A stretch of DNA of 64,000 bases from a virus: the IMG/VR virus record IMGVR_UViG_3300000234_000002, positions 19,958 through 83,957 of that record; one strand, written 5' to 3'. Position numbers and translations under genes: made by a program. Position 1 is the stretch's first letter. Every line of letters starts with the position of its first letter. Shown one piece after another: positions 28,651-37,867 of this stretch. Below the pieces are notes generated by a model, which was given only the letters and a program-made list of their open reading frames with translations, searched no databases and was not told the DNA's origin.

Positions 28651-28950
28651 ATGAAGCGCTGTTGTGATGTAATAAATCAAACCACAGGGGAACTTATCGG
28701 ATACCTTGTGGAATGCCCAGCATGTAGAGATGCCGATAGATGCAGCGCCCACGTTTTCAATATCAGAAAAGACGGAAGAGGATGGGATTTCGATGGTAGC
28801 TACGAATTCCCAACGTTCTCGCCTTCAATGCTGGCTCGTGATTCACGCGGCCATATATGCCATAGTTTTGTTCGTAACGGGAAAATAGAATATCTTAGCG
28901 ATTGCACACACGAGCTTGCCGGACAAACTATCGATTTACCTGAATTATGA
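28651..28950 (+). CDS. DUF6527-like small Cys/His protein
   Basis: CPAC..H..WDFDG...PTFSPS...CHSFVRNGKIEYLSDCTHELAGQT; AAAGGA SD. Confidence 0.65.
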   Translation: MKRCCDVINQTTGELIGYLVECPACRDADRCSAHVFNIRKDGRGWDFDGSYEFPTFSPSMLARDSRGHICHSFVRNGKIEYLSDCTHELAGQTIDLPEL

Positions 28951-29328
28951 CTTTTTATCGAGAAGAGAATTATATATTTGATATGTGAGTTCTTTCTTCA
29001 TACTATCAGATAAGACAAAATGATATTCATTTGGTGGTTTTCCGGGTCTAGCGTCATCCATAGGATGACTTATTGCTTCACTATCACTCGGAAATCCCAT
29101 TTTGACAGTAATGGTTCCGTCCGGGGCGTAAGATAGTTTATCTATTCCTCTACTATGACCTATCCAAATATCAGCTTCTGGGGGTTCGGAACTTATTTCG
29201 CCATCGTCAGTATAAACATCAAACCCTAAACCAATAAGGAAATTTTCCAAATCGTCGTAAAATAAACTAGCTTCTTTCGTGTCAGTATAAAGTGGATTTC
29301 CTTTGATTATAACAACCGACTTTTTCAT
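28945..29328 (-). CDS. Small alpha/beta protein with GHSRG nucleophile-elbow-like motif
   Basis: WIGHSRG (GxSxG), later D and H residues. Confidence 0.5.
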   Translation of the reverse strand: MKKSVVIIKGNPLYTDTKEASLFYDDLENFLIGLGFDVYTDDGEISSEPPEADIWIGHSRGIDKLSYAPDGTITVKMGFPSDSEAISHPMDDARPGKPPNEYHFVLSDSMKKELTYQIYNSLLDKKS

Positions 29329-29339
29329 TAAATTAACTG

Positions 29340-29624
29340 ATGACTAAACTTCTAGCAAAATGTCCGGAAATTAAAAAAAATTATAATGTAATATATGGAG
29401 TCATGGAAAACAAAGAAAAAACGGTTAGTGTGAGACTGGAAGTCACGAAGAACTTTTATGAATTATCTAAAAAAGTTCAAGAAACCCCTGAAATGGAAAC
29501 ACTCAAGGCGTTGTTCATTCAAGGAGCAAGGATAATGCAAAAATATGGAGAGTTGAAAAAGGAAGGATGGACACTTGAATTCGTTTCTCCTGATAGATCA
29601 AAAAGCATACAGGTCATGTTATAA
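29340..29624 (+). CDS. Hypothetical protein
   Basis: ORF in short plus-strand cluster; start uncertain (GGAG before ATG at 29403). Confidence 0.5.
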   Translation: MTKLLAKCPEIKKNYNVIYGVMENKEKTVSVRLEVTKNFYELSKKVQETPEMETLKALFIQGARIMQKYGELKKEGWTLEFVSPDRSKSIQVML

Positions 29625-29629
29625 GAAAT

Positions 29630-29884
29630 ATGAATAATTTCATTTATTTAAAAAGTTTTAAGGCTCAAGATATGCATAAATTGAAGATGTTATACATTTT
29701 AAAAGAAAGTTATATAAATTTTTATGATTATGAAGAAAAACTTACAATAGGACACCCAGAGGTAAACGTTCCGGATTTGGTAATAAATGCAATAAGTAAA
29801 TGCAAACTTAAGCAGGGTGAAGTTTGCATTGAAAGAGGACTGAAAATAAAAAATATATTCATGGTCGGAAATCAGAAATGTTAA
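29630..29884 (+). CDS. Hypothetical protein (weak paralog of 29967..30248)
   Basis: Shares Y...K.F....H....L[YF]ILKE and ..VPD[LI]V...[IL].KC motifs. Confidence 0.55.
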   Translation: MNNFIYLKSFKAQDMHKLKMLYILKESYINFYDYEEKLTIGHPEVNVPDLVINAISKCKLKQGEVCIERGLKIKNIFMVGNQKC

Positions 29885-29966
29885 GACGTAATGTCCGTTA
29901 TGGAGGAAAAGTAGTATTTGAAAGAAATGGCCTAAAAGTCATAAATAAGGATCGTTTTAAGCACTA

Positions 29967-30248
29967 ATGTTTGATTTTTACATAGAAATAAAGAAATTTC
30001 AAAAGAAAGAACATGTAGTTCAGTTATTCATTTTGAAAGAAAATCGTTATAAATTTGCAATGGAAATCCTATTAAATAGGATTAATAGAAACACCATAAA
30101 AATTTCGGTGAACAACCTTGAGAGTCTCGGGTTGGAAGTACCCGATATAGTTCTGAAATTCTTGAATAAATGTGAATATGAAGACGGATATCTAACAATA
30201 GATAAAGGAAGAATTACGATTATTGAACCAGTAGAAAATGTAATTTAA
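29967..30248 (+). CDS. Hypothetical protein (weak paralog of 29630..29884)
   Basis: LFILKE...LEVPDIVLKFLNKC. Confidence 0.55.
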   Translation: MFDFYIEIKKFQKKEHVVQLFILKENRYKFAMEILLNRINRNTIKISVNNLESLGLEVPDIVLKFLNKCEYEDGYLTIDKGRITIIEPVENVI

Positions 30249-30251
30249 AAA

Positions 30252-30494
30252 ATGAAAAATCTCGAAAAAGCGCTATCCGGGACACATGAAATAAGAATCA
30301 TAGTTAACGCTGATGAATTTGAAGACCTTATGGATTGGAATAAAGTTATTGCAGAATTGCGTAAGAATAAAACATGTGTGTATATTTCGATGTATCCAGT
30401 ACAACCACATACTTCAAATTATGAAATGACGTTCCCTGAAAACGGAGCTTTGGGTACAGAAACGATTGAGTTGAAAACTGAGAAAATATTTTAA
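30252..30494 (+). CDS. Hypothetical protein
   Basis: 80-aa ORF. Confidence 0.5.
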   Translation: MKNLEKALSGTHEIRIIVNADEFEDLMDWNKVIAELRKNKTCVYISMYPVQPHTSNYEMTFPENGALGTETIELKTEKIF

Positions 30495-31105
30495 TTCTGA
30501 GCCCAATAAACGATCTTCATCCAGTCGGGGTGCTCGTGACACTTTTTGCAGTGATCTCTTCTGACTGAATACTTTTTCTTCAAAACAACGCCATGAATGA
30601 ATCCGGAGCGGGTTCCGGCATCTTTGTGAACTGTTGCAATACCGCGAATCATTCTTTCATTTTCAATATTTGCATCAAATTTTTCGACGATGGAAATTGA
30701 ACTTGTGTTGAGGTTCAAATCCTCAAGGATGTTTCTTCTTTCATTATAATTCTTTTTTGAAGTCATATTAAAATTCATTGAAACAACGTCCCAAAAAGTC
30801 AGTTTGCAAATAACTGATTTATTATGCCTCCAGCTTCCTCTCTTGGATGGAGTCCAGATTTCTCCGTCAAGAATTGTTCCATTAGGAATATTTGAACTCT
30901 TGAGCTCTTCGGTCAAATTATCAGTAATTTCCATTGAAACCTTGTCTCGCGTATAAAATTCGAATTTATTATTCATTTTATAAAGAAGAATACGGAAGCC
31001 GTCATACTTTGGCTCCATCACATAACCCGACAAGTCAATAGACCCAAAAATGTCGTCGTTAACTCTGACGGGCTTTTGTGGATACATCCACCAATAGGGC
31101 TTCAT
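30491..31105 (-). CDS. ATP-dependent ligase adenylation domain only
   Basis: Motif I EPKYDGFR, III LDGEI, IIIa FWDV, IV HGVVLK, V WMKI; no OB domain. Confidence 0.75.
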   Translation of the reverse strand: MKPYWWMYPQKPVRVNDDIFGSIDLSGYVMEPKYDGFRILLYKMNNKFEFYTRDKVSMEITDNLTEELKSSNIPNGTILDGEIWTPSKRGSWRHNKSVICKLTFWDVVSMNFNMTSKKNYNERRNILEDLNLNTSSISIVEKFDANIENERMIRGIATVHKDAGTRSGFIHGVVLKKKYSVRRDHCKKCHEHPDWMKIVYWAQN

Positions 31106-31134
31106 GAAAACAGTTAAAAAGATTAAAACTAAAT

Positions 31135-31356
31135 TTACAAACTTTTGTGAGAGATTGATATAACAGAATTCCCAATGTTAAAAGTATGAATTTTGCGAAT
31201 AACAGCCCCTGGAATATTATCAATTACTTTCCCGTCAATATCTTTAATATGAGAAAAATGTCTTTCTGTCATAGTGGCTGGCTTATATCTAATACCGTTA
31301 TGTAGAATATAAAGTTCTTCTTTTTCAAGATTTATCGATAGAATTAAATTCAACAC
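31135..31356 (-). CDS. Hypothetical protein
   Basis: 73-aa ORF filling gap. Confidence 0.4.
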   Translation of the reverse strand: MLNLILSINLEKEELYILHNGIRYKPATMTERHFSHIKDIDGKVIDNIPGAVIRKIHTFNIGNSVISISHKSL

Positions 31357-31363
31357 ATCAAAA

Positions 31364-33073
31364 TTACATTGCTAAATATTTATCCCAAACACTTTCTTTG
31401 GAATCAACGATCCTGTATTCAGAATTTGAAAGAATACTTGCAACAGTTCTCGATTTCTTGTTTTTTATGGCATCAGATCGAACGTAGTTACTTTTATCTT
31501 TTTCTAAAATGTCTAATACCTCAACAGGGGTATTCGGATTTTGAGCCAATTGCAGACGAACGGAAGGTTCAGGATCTTTTGCTAATTTTTTGGATATCTC
31601 CAAAGGAAGATTTGGATTACTAGCTAAATTACCTCTAATTCCCTCATCAGAACTGTTGGCGAAATCAGAAAGAATGTGAGGTGGGGTGTTGGGATTGGAA
31701 ACAACATTTTGGATAACAATAAAATTCGTTTCTTTAGACATTTCTTCAAGTAAATGAGGAGGAGCGCTCGGGTTTTTTGAAACGAGGAAATGACTTATCG
31801 AGTCCTTATCATTTGCTAATTCTTCAAGAATGAATTGAGGAGAATTAGGATTCTCAGCTAAACTTTCGGAAAACTTTCCAGTTCCATATAAGTCAACAAG
31901 AACTTCATGAGGAGTGTTAGGATTTACTGAAGCGGCTTTTACGACTTCAATTTTGGGATCTTTAGCAAGAATTTCAAGAATATCTGAAGGAGTGTTGTGA
32001 TTATACGCGACGTTCATACGAATGACATCTTTAGAATTTTTCGATAAAATAGAAAGAACATTAGGTGGTGTTTTTCGGTTGTTTGAAATTGCTTCGTTAA
32101 CCTTATAAATGTCAAGACCAACAAGCTTTTCGAAAATATGTGGTGGAGTGTTGTGATTATAAGCAATTTTCAGAATAACATCAGGATCTTCATCATCACT
32201 CAACAACTCGAGCATATAAGGCGTTATATGCTTGCTGCGAAAGATTACGGATTTTATTTTTTCATTGTCATTCTTAACAAGGTCTTCTTGTTCTTTTTGA
32301 CTTATTGACTCTCCGGAACCAAACTTCGCAAGTGCACTCTTTGGGGCGTCTTTAGCTTTTTGATCGCAAATCGTGTCTATTTTAGAAAAACTTTCTCCTA
32401 AATATTTTGATATCGTAGATTTAGATATTTGATCATCAAGTGAACTCCAAAATATTTTTTCTTTAGTGTTGTTATCAATATCTCTCTGATAGGATATAGC
32501 GATTTTATAAAGTGGATCCGAGATATCAGATTTTTTGTTTAGTATGAAAAAGAAAACAGTATTATCGAGCTGATATTGCTCATAATAAGATTTTCCTTTC
32601 ATCGTTACACACCATTTTGAGCCTTTTCCATGAAATACTGAAGCCGCTTTGTTTTTAATCCACAAAACCTCAAAATCATCGTTTTCAAATAATTTTTCGG
32701 AATCCGGTACCTCTTCTAACTTATAACGCTTATCAGCTTTATCCTTCTTTAAACTTTTCTGTTCTTTTAATTCAAGAAGCTTATCTCTAAGTTCCGTGAA
32801 TTCGTTAACTTTATACTGATAAATATCGCGTTTGTCGAGTTTTGGACTGAACTTTTCAAAAAGTTCAACAACATCAGCAATTTCTTCCGATAAAGCTTGG
32901 TTTGAATCAAGAATCTTGAGTTCCCATTCAAGGTATTTACTTCTACCCCTAGATGGATCCCTTTCGCTGAAATACTCGATTTCCTCTTCATAATGAGGAA
33001 ATCGAGCTAATGCATCTTTCTTAGATAACGCCGCTGTTTTTATAATCAAACTAGCAATACGACTAAAATCCAT
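31364..33073 (-). CDS. GSKWC-motif domain + leucine-rich variant/HEAT-like repeat protein (paralog of 4102..5895)
   Basis: N-terminal about 270 aa closely similar to 4102..5895; NPNTP repeats; shared WDKYL C-terminus. Confidence 0.8.
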   Translation of the reverse strand: MDFSRIASLIIKTAALSKKDALARFPHYEEEIEYFSERDPSRGRSKYLEWELKILDSNQALSEEIADVVELFEKFSPKLDKRDIYQYKVNEFTELRDKLLELKEQKSLKKDKADKRYKLEEVPDSEKLFENDDFEVLWIKNKAASVFHGKGSKWCVTMKGKSYYEQYQLDNTVFFFILNKKSDISDPLYKIAISYQRDIDNNTKEKIFWSSLDDQISKSTISKYLGESFSKIDTICDQKAKDAPKSALAKFGSGESISQKEQEDLVKNDNEKIKSVIFRSKHITPYMLELLSDDEDPDVILKIAYNHNTPPHIFEKLVGLDIYKVNEAISNNRKTPPNVLSILSKNSKDVIRMNVAYNHNTPSDILEILAKDPKIEVVKAASVNPNTPHEVLVDLYGTGKFSESLAENPNSPQFILEELANDKDSISHFLVSKNPSAPPHLLEEMSKETNFIVIQNVVSNPNTPPHILSDFANSSDEGIRGNLASNPNLPLEISKKLAKDPEPSVRLQLAQNPNTPVEVLDILEKDKSNYVRSDAIKNKKSRTVASILSNSEYRIVDSKESVWDKYLAM

Positions 33074-33096
33074 ATGTAAAAATACAGAAAAAAGAC

Positions 33097-34638
33097 TTAA
33101 GAAGATCTCAGAATAAAATCAGGAAGATTGCTCTGTCCCATGGAGTGTTCATACCTCACAGAAGGAGAAGCATGATTGAATGGAATATTAAGTTTTAGTC
33201 TAACATCACTTTCAACCCAATTACGAAGTTCAACTATCTGCTCAGATGATAAATGATCGGTAAAGGTATAAGACTTATATCCACCATTAGGATCACCTTT
33301 ATAATATTCAGATACTTCCGTAAAATCAACATCATAAGCGTGAAGCCTGTCACCAGTTCTTGGGCTCGTGTAAGTCCAAACGTTATCAAATTCTTGATTC
33401 TTATAAGCTTCATCATAATAAGGGGTTCCGGGATAAGTGGTGATCACGGTGCAATCAAAATCCGCAGGCTTTGACTTTATAAGCCAATCATGAACAGCAC
33501 GAATAGAGTTTTCACTCTCTCCAGCATGACCTATACTCATCAACGCTTTCACCTTTAAATCATATTTATTGGCTATATCCATAACATTATCGTTGTCTTC
33601 TACGGTTGCCCTCTTCTGTATGTTAGTCAGGATTCTGGGGTCTGCAGCTTCGAATCCGCAAAGAAGCCACCTGAAGCCAGCACGATACATCGAAGATGCC
33701 TGTTCTTCGTTAAATAACTCGGACTTAATGAAGCCTCTTAGACTAAAATCCACACCGAGTTCCGATTGCAAATCGGAAATTTTATTCATGAGGTCAACAA
33801 GACCTTTATTCACGTTGAGTTCATCATCATAAAACATGAAACCAGTATGACCATAAGTCTCGTGAAGGAATTTGATTTCTTTAATAATGCTTTCCGAGCT
33901 TCTAGTTCTTATCATTCGGAGGCTTTTTGAATTTCTCCCACCACAATAAGCACAAGCAAAAGGACAACCGAGCTGAGCAATAAGACTCGTCGACGGCTTC
34001 CCATCGATCATATATTTATAGCTTTTAGCATCAACAAGGTGTCTGGCCGGATAAGGGCTAGCTTCATATACTTCATCATCCATGAAGTATTCACCTTTAT
34101 GATCGTCAGCATCTATCAACTTAGGGGAGTCAGGTCTTAAAGCAGTAAATATTGAATATTCTCCGTCACCAGAAACTAAGACATCAACTAAATTTTGAAG
34201 TTTATCGAAAGCCCTGTGGGCTCTATCGGCTCTTTTTTGTTTGACCTCCATCTTTCTAGCTGAATCCACTAGAGTAATGTGAGGTCCGCCAAGAATGATT
34301 TTCAAATCAGGTCTAACACTTCGAATTCTTTCGATAATGAGCTTTACAGCTGGGAGCTGAGGAGTCGTGGTGGTTATTCCGATTGCTATATCATTACAAT
34401 CTTTAGTATAAGATTCCACAACGTCCAAATAATTACTAATTCCGCTCGTATCTATGACGTTTACTTTATAACCAGCGCTTTCTAACGAAGACGCGACTTT
34501 GAGAACACCGAGACTCATAAAAACTCTTTCGTCGAGTAGAAATAAAGAAGGAGGAATCAATAAAGAAACACTTTTACCCTTACCACTGTCGATTTTAATT
34601 TTACTGGAAAGAATTGGAAGAGTTAACATCAGGCCCAA
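33097..34638 (-). CDS. B12-binding radical SAM protein (class B methylase-like)
   Basis: N-terminal cobalamin-binding domain (SLGVL.VAS, IILGGPH, GDGE); GCPFACAYC; FYDD, GFEAAD, YPGTP. Confidence 0.9.
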   Translation of the reverse strand: MGLMLTLPILSSKIKIDSGKGKSVSLLIPPSLFLLDERVFMSLGVLKVASSLESAGYKVNVIDTSGISNYLDVVESYTKDCNDIAIGITTTTPQLPAVKLIIERIRSVRPDLKIILGGPHITLVDSARKMEVKQKRADRAHRAFDKLQNLVDVLVSGDGEYSIFTALRPDSPKLIDADDHKGEYFMDDEVYEASPYPARHLVDAKSYKYMIDGKPSTSLIAQLGCPFACAYCGGRNSKSLRMIRTRSSESIIKEIKFLHETYGHTGFMFYDDELNVNKGLVDLMNKISDLQSELGVDFSLRGFIKSELFNEEQASSMYRAGFRWLLCGFEAADPRILTNIQKRATVEDNDNVMDIANKYDLKVKALMSIGHAGESENSIRAVHDWLIKSKPADFDCTVITTYPGTPYYDEAYKNQEFDNVWTYTSPRTGDRLHAYDVDFTEVSEYYKGDPNGGYKSYTFTDHLSSEQIVELRNWVESDVRLKLNIPFNHASPSVRYEHSMGQSNLPDFILRSS

Positions 34639-35768
34639 CCTCTTTCTTTTTTAGCGTCAAGTACAATCTTTTCTAAATCAGAGGATATTTTTTCCCAAGT
34701 ATACTGTTTACTGAGTTCCATACCTAAATTTGAATATTTGTCTCTAGTTTCTTTATTTTTGAGAGTTTCAATTATCATATCAGAGTAGATTTTTTCTTTA
34801 CCACCGAATGGTGTCTCTATCATCTGAACACTACCGCCATATAATTCCCCTAAGGCATCTTGGTTCGTTATAATAGGGACAGTTCCAGAAGCACATGCTT
34901 CCATGATAGAAACTGAAAAACCCTCGGTATAAGACATCGTTTCACAAGGGTAAGCAAGAACTTCTGCTTTATTAAATTCTTCACGTATTCTGTTGCGACT
35001 AACAGAATCGTGCAGATGAACGTTCATTTTTGCATTTTTCTTAAAACGTTTGAAACACTCTATTATATATTTTGCTCTGTTTGAAGATTCGGCATAGGTA
35101 TAATGGTAACCAGGATTGACGTCTACGAAATGATCAAGCCAGTTTTTTATTTTGTAAAAAATATGAAGTTCTGCGTGGGGAACAGCTTCAATAACATTTG
35201 GCCATATAGAAAGTAAATTGTGAAGACCTCTGTCAGGAGAGGAAGCCCAAATCACTCTTCCAGGAATTTTGTTGCTCGTGTCATAAGAAGAAGGATCACA
35301 GCCGTTATGGAGAACTCTCCATTTATTGAAATGAGGAGTTAAAACACCGACATTTTGTCGATGTGATTCAGAAGGACTAGTCCATATATCAACAAAATCA
35401 TCATAATCAGGAAGACAATGTTCAAAAGAATTTATTTGGAGATTACAAAGCCTTATTATTTTCCAACTTATGAATCTAAGATAATTCGGTTCATTCCATG
35501 AAATTGCGAAATCATAGTTATTGCTAGTGTTAACCTGATCTTGTATGTGTTCAAGAGGAATTATATGAATACCATTCCATTCCATAGGACCATGAGTTGT
35601 ATCCATGAAAATGGATATATCATGACCCCTAGATTGGAGTACTCTTGCTATTGATATAAAAGAATATTCAGAACCGGTGAGACCTCTTGGGTTCGAATAA
35701 ATATCTTCTGAAAAATTAAATTTATATCCAGCGGTACACCAAGGACTGTAAATAAATGCAGCTTTCAT
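34629..35768 (-). CDS. GT-B (GT4-like) glycosyltransferase
   Basis: TGSE, HNG.D, WASSPDRGL, EGFSVSIMEACASG. Confidence 0.88.
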   Translation of the reverse strand: MKAAFIYSPWCTAGYKFNFSEDIYSNPRGLTGSEYSFISIARVLQSRGHDISIFMDTTHGPMEWNGIHIIPLEHIQDQVNTSNNYDFAISWNEPNYLRFISWKIIRLCNLQINSFEHCLPDYDDFVDIWTSPSESHRQNVGVLTPHFNKWRVLHNGCDPSSYDTSNKIPGRVIWASSPDRGLHNLLSIWPNVIEAVPHAELHIFYKIKNWLDHFVDVNPGYHYTYAESSNRAKYIIECFKRFKKNAKMNVHLHDSVSRNRIREEFNKAEVLAYPCETMSYTEGFSVSIMEACASGTVPIITNQDALGELYGGSVQMIETPFGGKEKIYSDMIIETLKNKETRDKYSNLGMELSKQYTWEKISSDLEKIVLDAKKERGWA

Positions 35769-36907
35769 ATATAACTCGGTAGTCCTTCTTTTCCGCGAGT
35801 CAAAATTGTCTGTTCAAGTCTATCAGTTAGAATAGACCACTCGAATTTTTCGGAATGTTTGCGACACGAATCTGACATATGAGATTTTAAAGATTCACTA
35901 TTTAATGCATGTAAAAGTTTTTCGGTATACTGAGATTTCTTTCCTTCATAAGGCGGCTCGACAAATAATGAAACGGGAGACCAAAGCTCTTTGAAGCAAT
36001 CGTCAGCGCATATGACCGGAACAGTCCCGGAAGCGCAAGCCTCAAGTATAGAAACACCAAAAGTTTCAGTGTAATGAACTGCATCTAAAGGATAAGCCAT
36101 AATCTCTGATGTAGAAATTTCTTCACGAATTCTGTTTCTACTAACAGATCCATGAGGAAAAATATTATAACCGGAAGACATTCTCTTCATTGCCTCTTTT
36201 GAATATAATGAACGCATACCGAGTTCAGTGTTCATAACACCTCTTTCGGTCTTATTATTGAAGTCTATGGCGTTACAAAAAGCATCAAGGCCACTGAAAT
36301 CATAAAAAATATGAAGGCTTGCATCAGGTACTTCAGAAATTATTCTAGGCCAAATTTCCAAAAGCCTATGTAAACCTCTATCATGAGAGGAAGCCCAAAC
36401 AACTTTGTTTTTTACTTTTTTCGATGGTTTAAAATCTTTTAAATCAACGCCATTATAACATATCTTAATTTTTTCTTTTGGAAATGAGGTATACCTCATT
36501 AAATAATCGGCGTGGGAATAAGAAAGTGGAGTTAAAATATCCACATAGTCTTCCCATCCAACAGGGCAGCTGAAAAAGTCAGAAACTTGCTGGTTGAAAA
36601 TCTTTAAAACATCATTATTAGCAAGCGCCAACGGACGAGGATCCATCCACGACAAAAGAGCGCCCCAGTCTTGCTTACAGTAAATGTCTTCCCATTCTTT
36701 ATAAGGACAAAGTGTCACACCATAAGTATTCCCGGCGTGAGGGAACCTCGAAAATAATGTTACTTCATGTCCTTTCTTAGCTAAATTTATTGCGTAAGAA
36801 AAACATGATATTTCGGATCCAGTCATACCACGACTTGAATCCCAAAGATTATTTGGGTCGAAGTCATGTCTTACGCAGAAATCAGGATAGAAAAAACCTA
36901 TTCTCAC
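35765..36907 (-). CDS. GT-B (GT4-like) glycosyltransferase
   Basis: TGSE, YNGVD, WASSHDRGL, ETFGVSILEACASG. Confidence 0.88.
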   Translation of the reverse strand: MRIGFFYPDFCVRHDFDPNNLWDSSRGMTGSEISCFSYAINLAKKGHEVTLFSRFPHAGNTYGVTLCPYKEWEDIYCKQDWGALLSWMDPRPLALANNDVLKIFNQQVSDFFSCPVGWEDYVDILTPLSYSHADYLMRYTSFPKEKIKICYNGVDLKDFKPSKKVKNKVVWASSHDRGLHRLLEIWPRIISEVPDASLHIFYDFSGLDAFCNAIDFNNKTERGVMNTELGMRSLYSKEAMKRMSSGYNIFPHGSVSRNRIREEISTSEIMAYPLDAVHYTETFGVSILEACASGTVPVICADDCFKELWSPVSLFVEPPYEGKKSQYTEKLLHALNSESLKSHMSDSCRKHSEKFEWSILTDRLEQTILTRGKEGLPSYI

Positions 36908-37863
36908 GTTTTATTCCTGCTCTCAAAAGCTTTGAGGCTAAACCAATCAAGAGTTTGTCTCATACCCTCTTCGTATGAAACTTGAGGGGACCATCCAATA
37001 AGTTCATTTATGAGACTAACATTTGGACACCTTTGTTTAGGGTCGTCTTGAAGTGGTTTCAGATTCAGTATCTTGCTCTTGTTACCATAAAATTCATTTA
37101 TATATTTGGCTATATCTAAAACAGTTCTTTCATCGGGATTTCCGATGTTTACTGCTTCTACAGGCTTTACCTTATCAGAGTTCATCAAACCATGAAGAGC
37201 CCTAACAGTATCTGATACATAACAAACACTTCTTGTCTGAAGTCCGTCACCATAAACAGTCATATCGTTACCATGAATAGCCTGCATGGTGAAATTTGGT
37301 ATCATTCTACCATCTTCCATGTCCATCTTCGGTCCATAAGTATTGAACAGACGAGCTATTCTTATGTCTGTTTTGTGAATATCATGATAACACCAAGCTA
37401 AAGATTCAGCAGCTCTTTTACCCTCGTCATAACAACTTCTAGGACCTAGAGTATTGACTCTACCGTGATATGATTCTTTTTGAGGATGGACTTCAGGGTC
37501 ACCATAAACTTCAGAAGTTGAAGTAATTAAAACTCTCGACCCATTTATCGAAGCATAGTCAAAAACATTCTGAGATCCAATAAAAGCAGTTTCCATAGTA
37601 TAAATCGGGTCTTTTTGATAATGAACAGGACTCGCAGGACAAGCGAGATGGTATATTTGATCAAATTTAACAGAAAGATTTAGTTCTCCTGAAAATCTAA
37701 TATCTCGATTAAAAAACCGGATGTCGCGAATAACATCATCAAGATTCTTTATGGAAGAACAGTATGAGTTATCAATTACATAAACAGTATCTCCATTCTC
37801 TACAAGGTGCTTAACTAAATGAGACCCAACAAAACCAGAACCGCCTGTTACCAGTATTTTCAT
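36904..37863 (-). CDS. uxs: UDP-glucuronate decarboxylase (UDP-xylose synthase)-like SDR
   Basis: TGGSGFVG, HLACPASPVHYQ, STSEVYGDP, RSCYDEGKR, NTYGP, QTRS, DDP..RCP. Confidence 0.85.
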   Translation of the reverse strand: MKILVTGGSGFVGSHLVKHLVENGDTVYVIDNSYCSSIKNLDDVIRDIRFFNRDIRFSGELNLSVKFDQIYHLACPASPVHYQKDPIYTMETAFIGSQNVFDYASINGSRVLITSTSEVYGDPEVHPQKESYHGRVNTLGPRSCYDEGKRAAESLAWCYHDIHKTDIRIARLFNTYGPKMDMEDGRMIPNFTMQAIHGNDMTVYGDGLQTRSVCYVSDTVRALHGLMNSDKVKPVEAVNIGNPDERTVLDIAKYINEFYGNKSKILNLKPLQDDPKQRCPNVSLINELIGWSPQVSYEEGMRQTLDWFSLKAFESRNKT

Positions 37864-37867
37864 GTTC

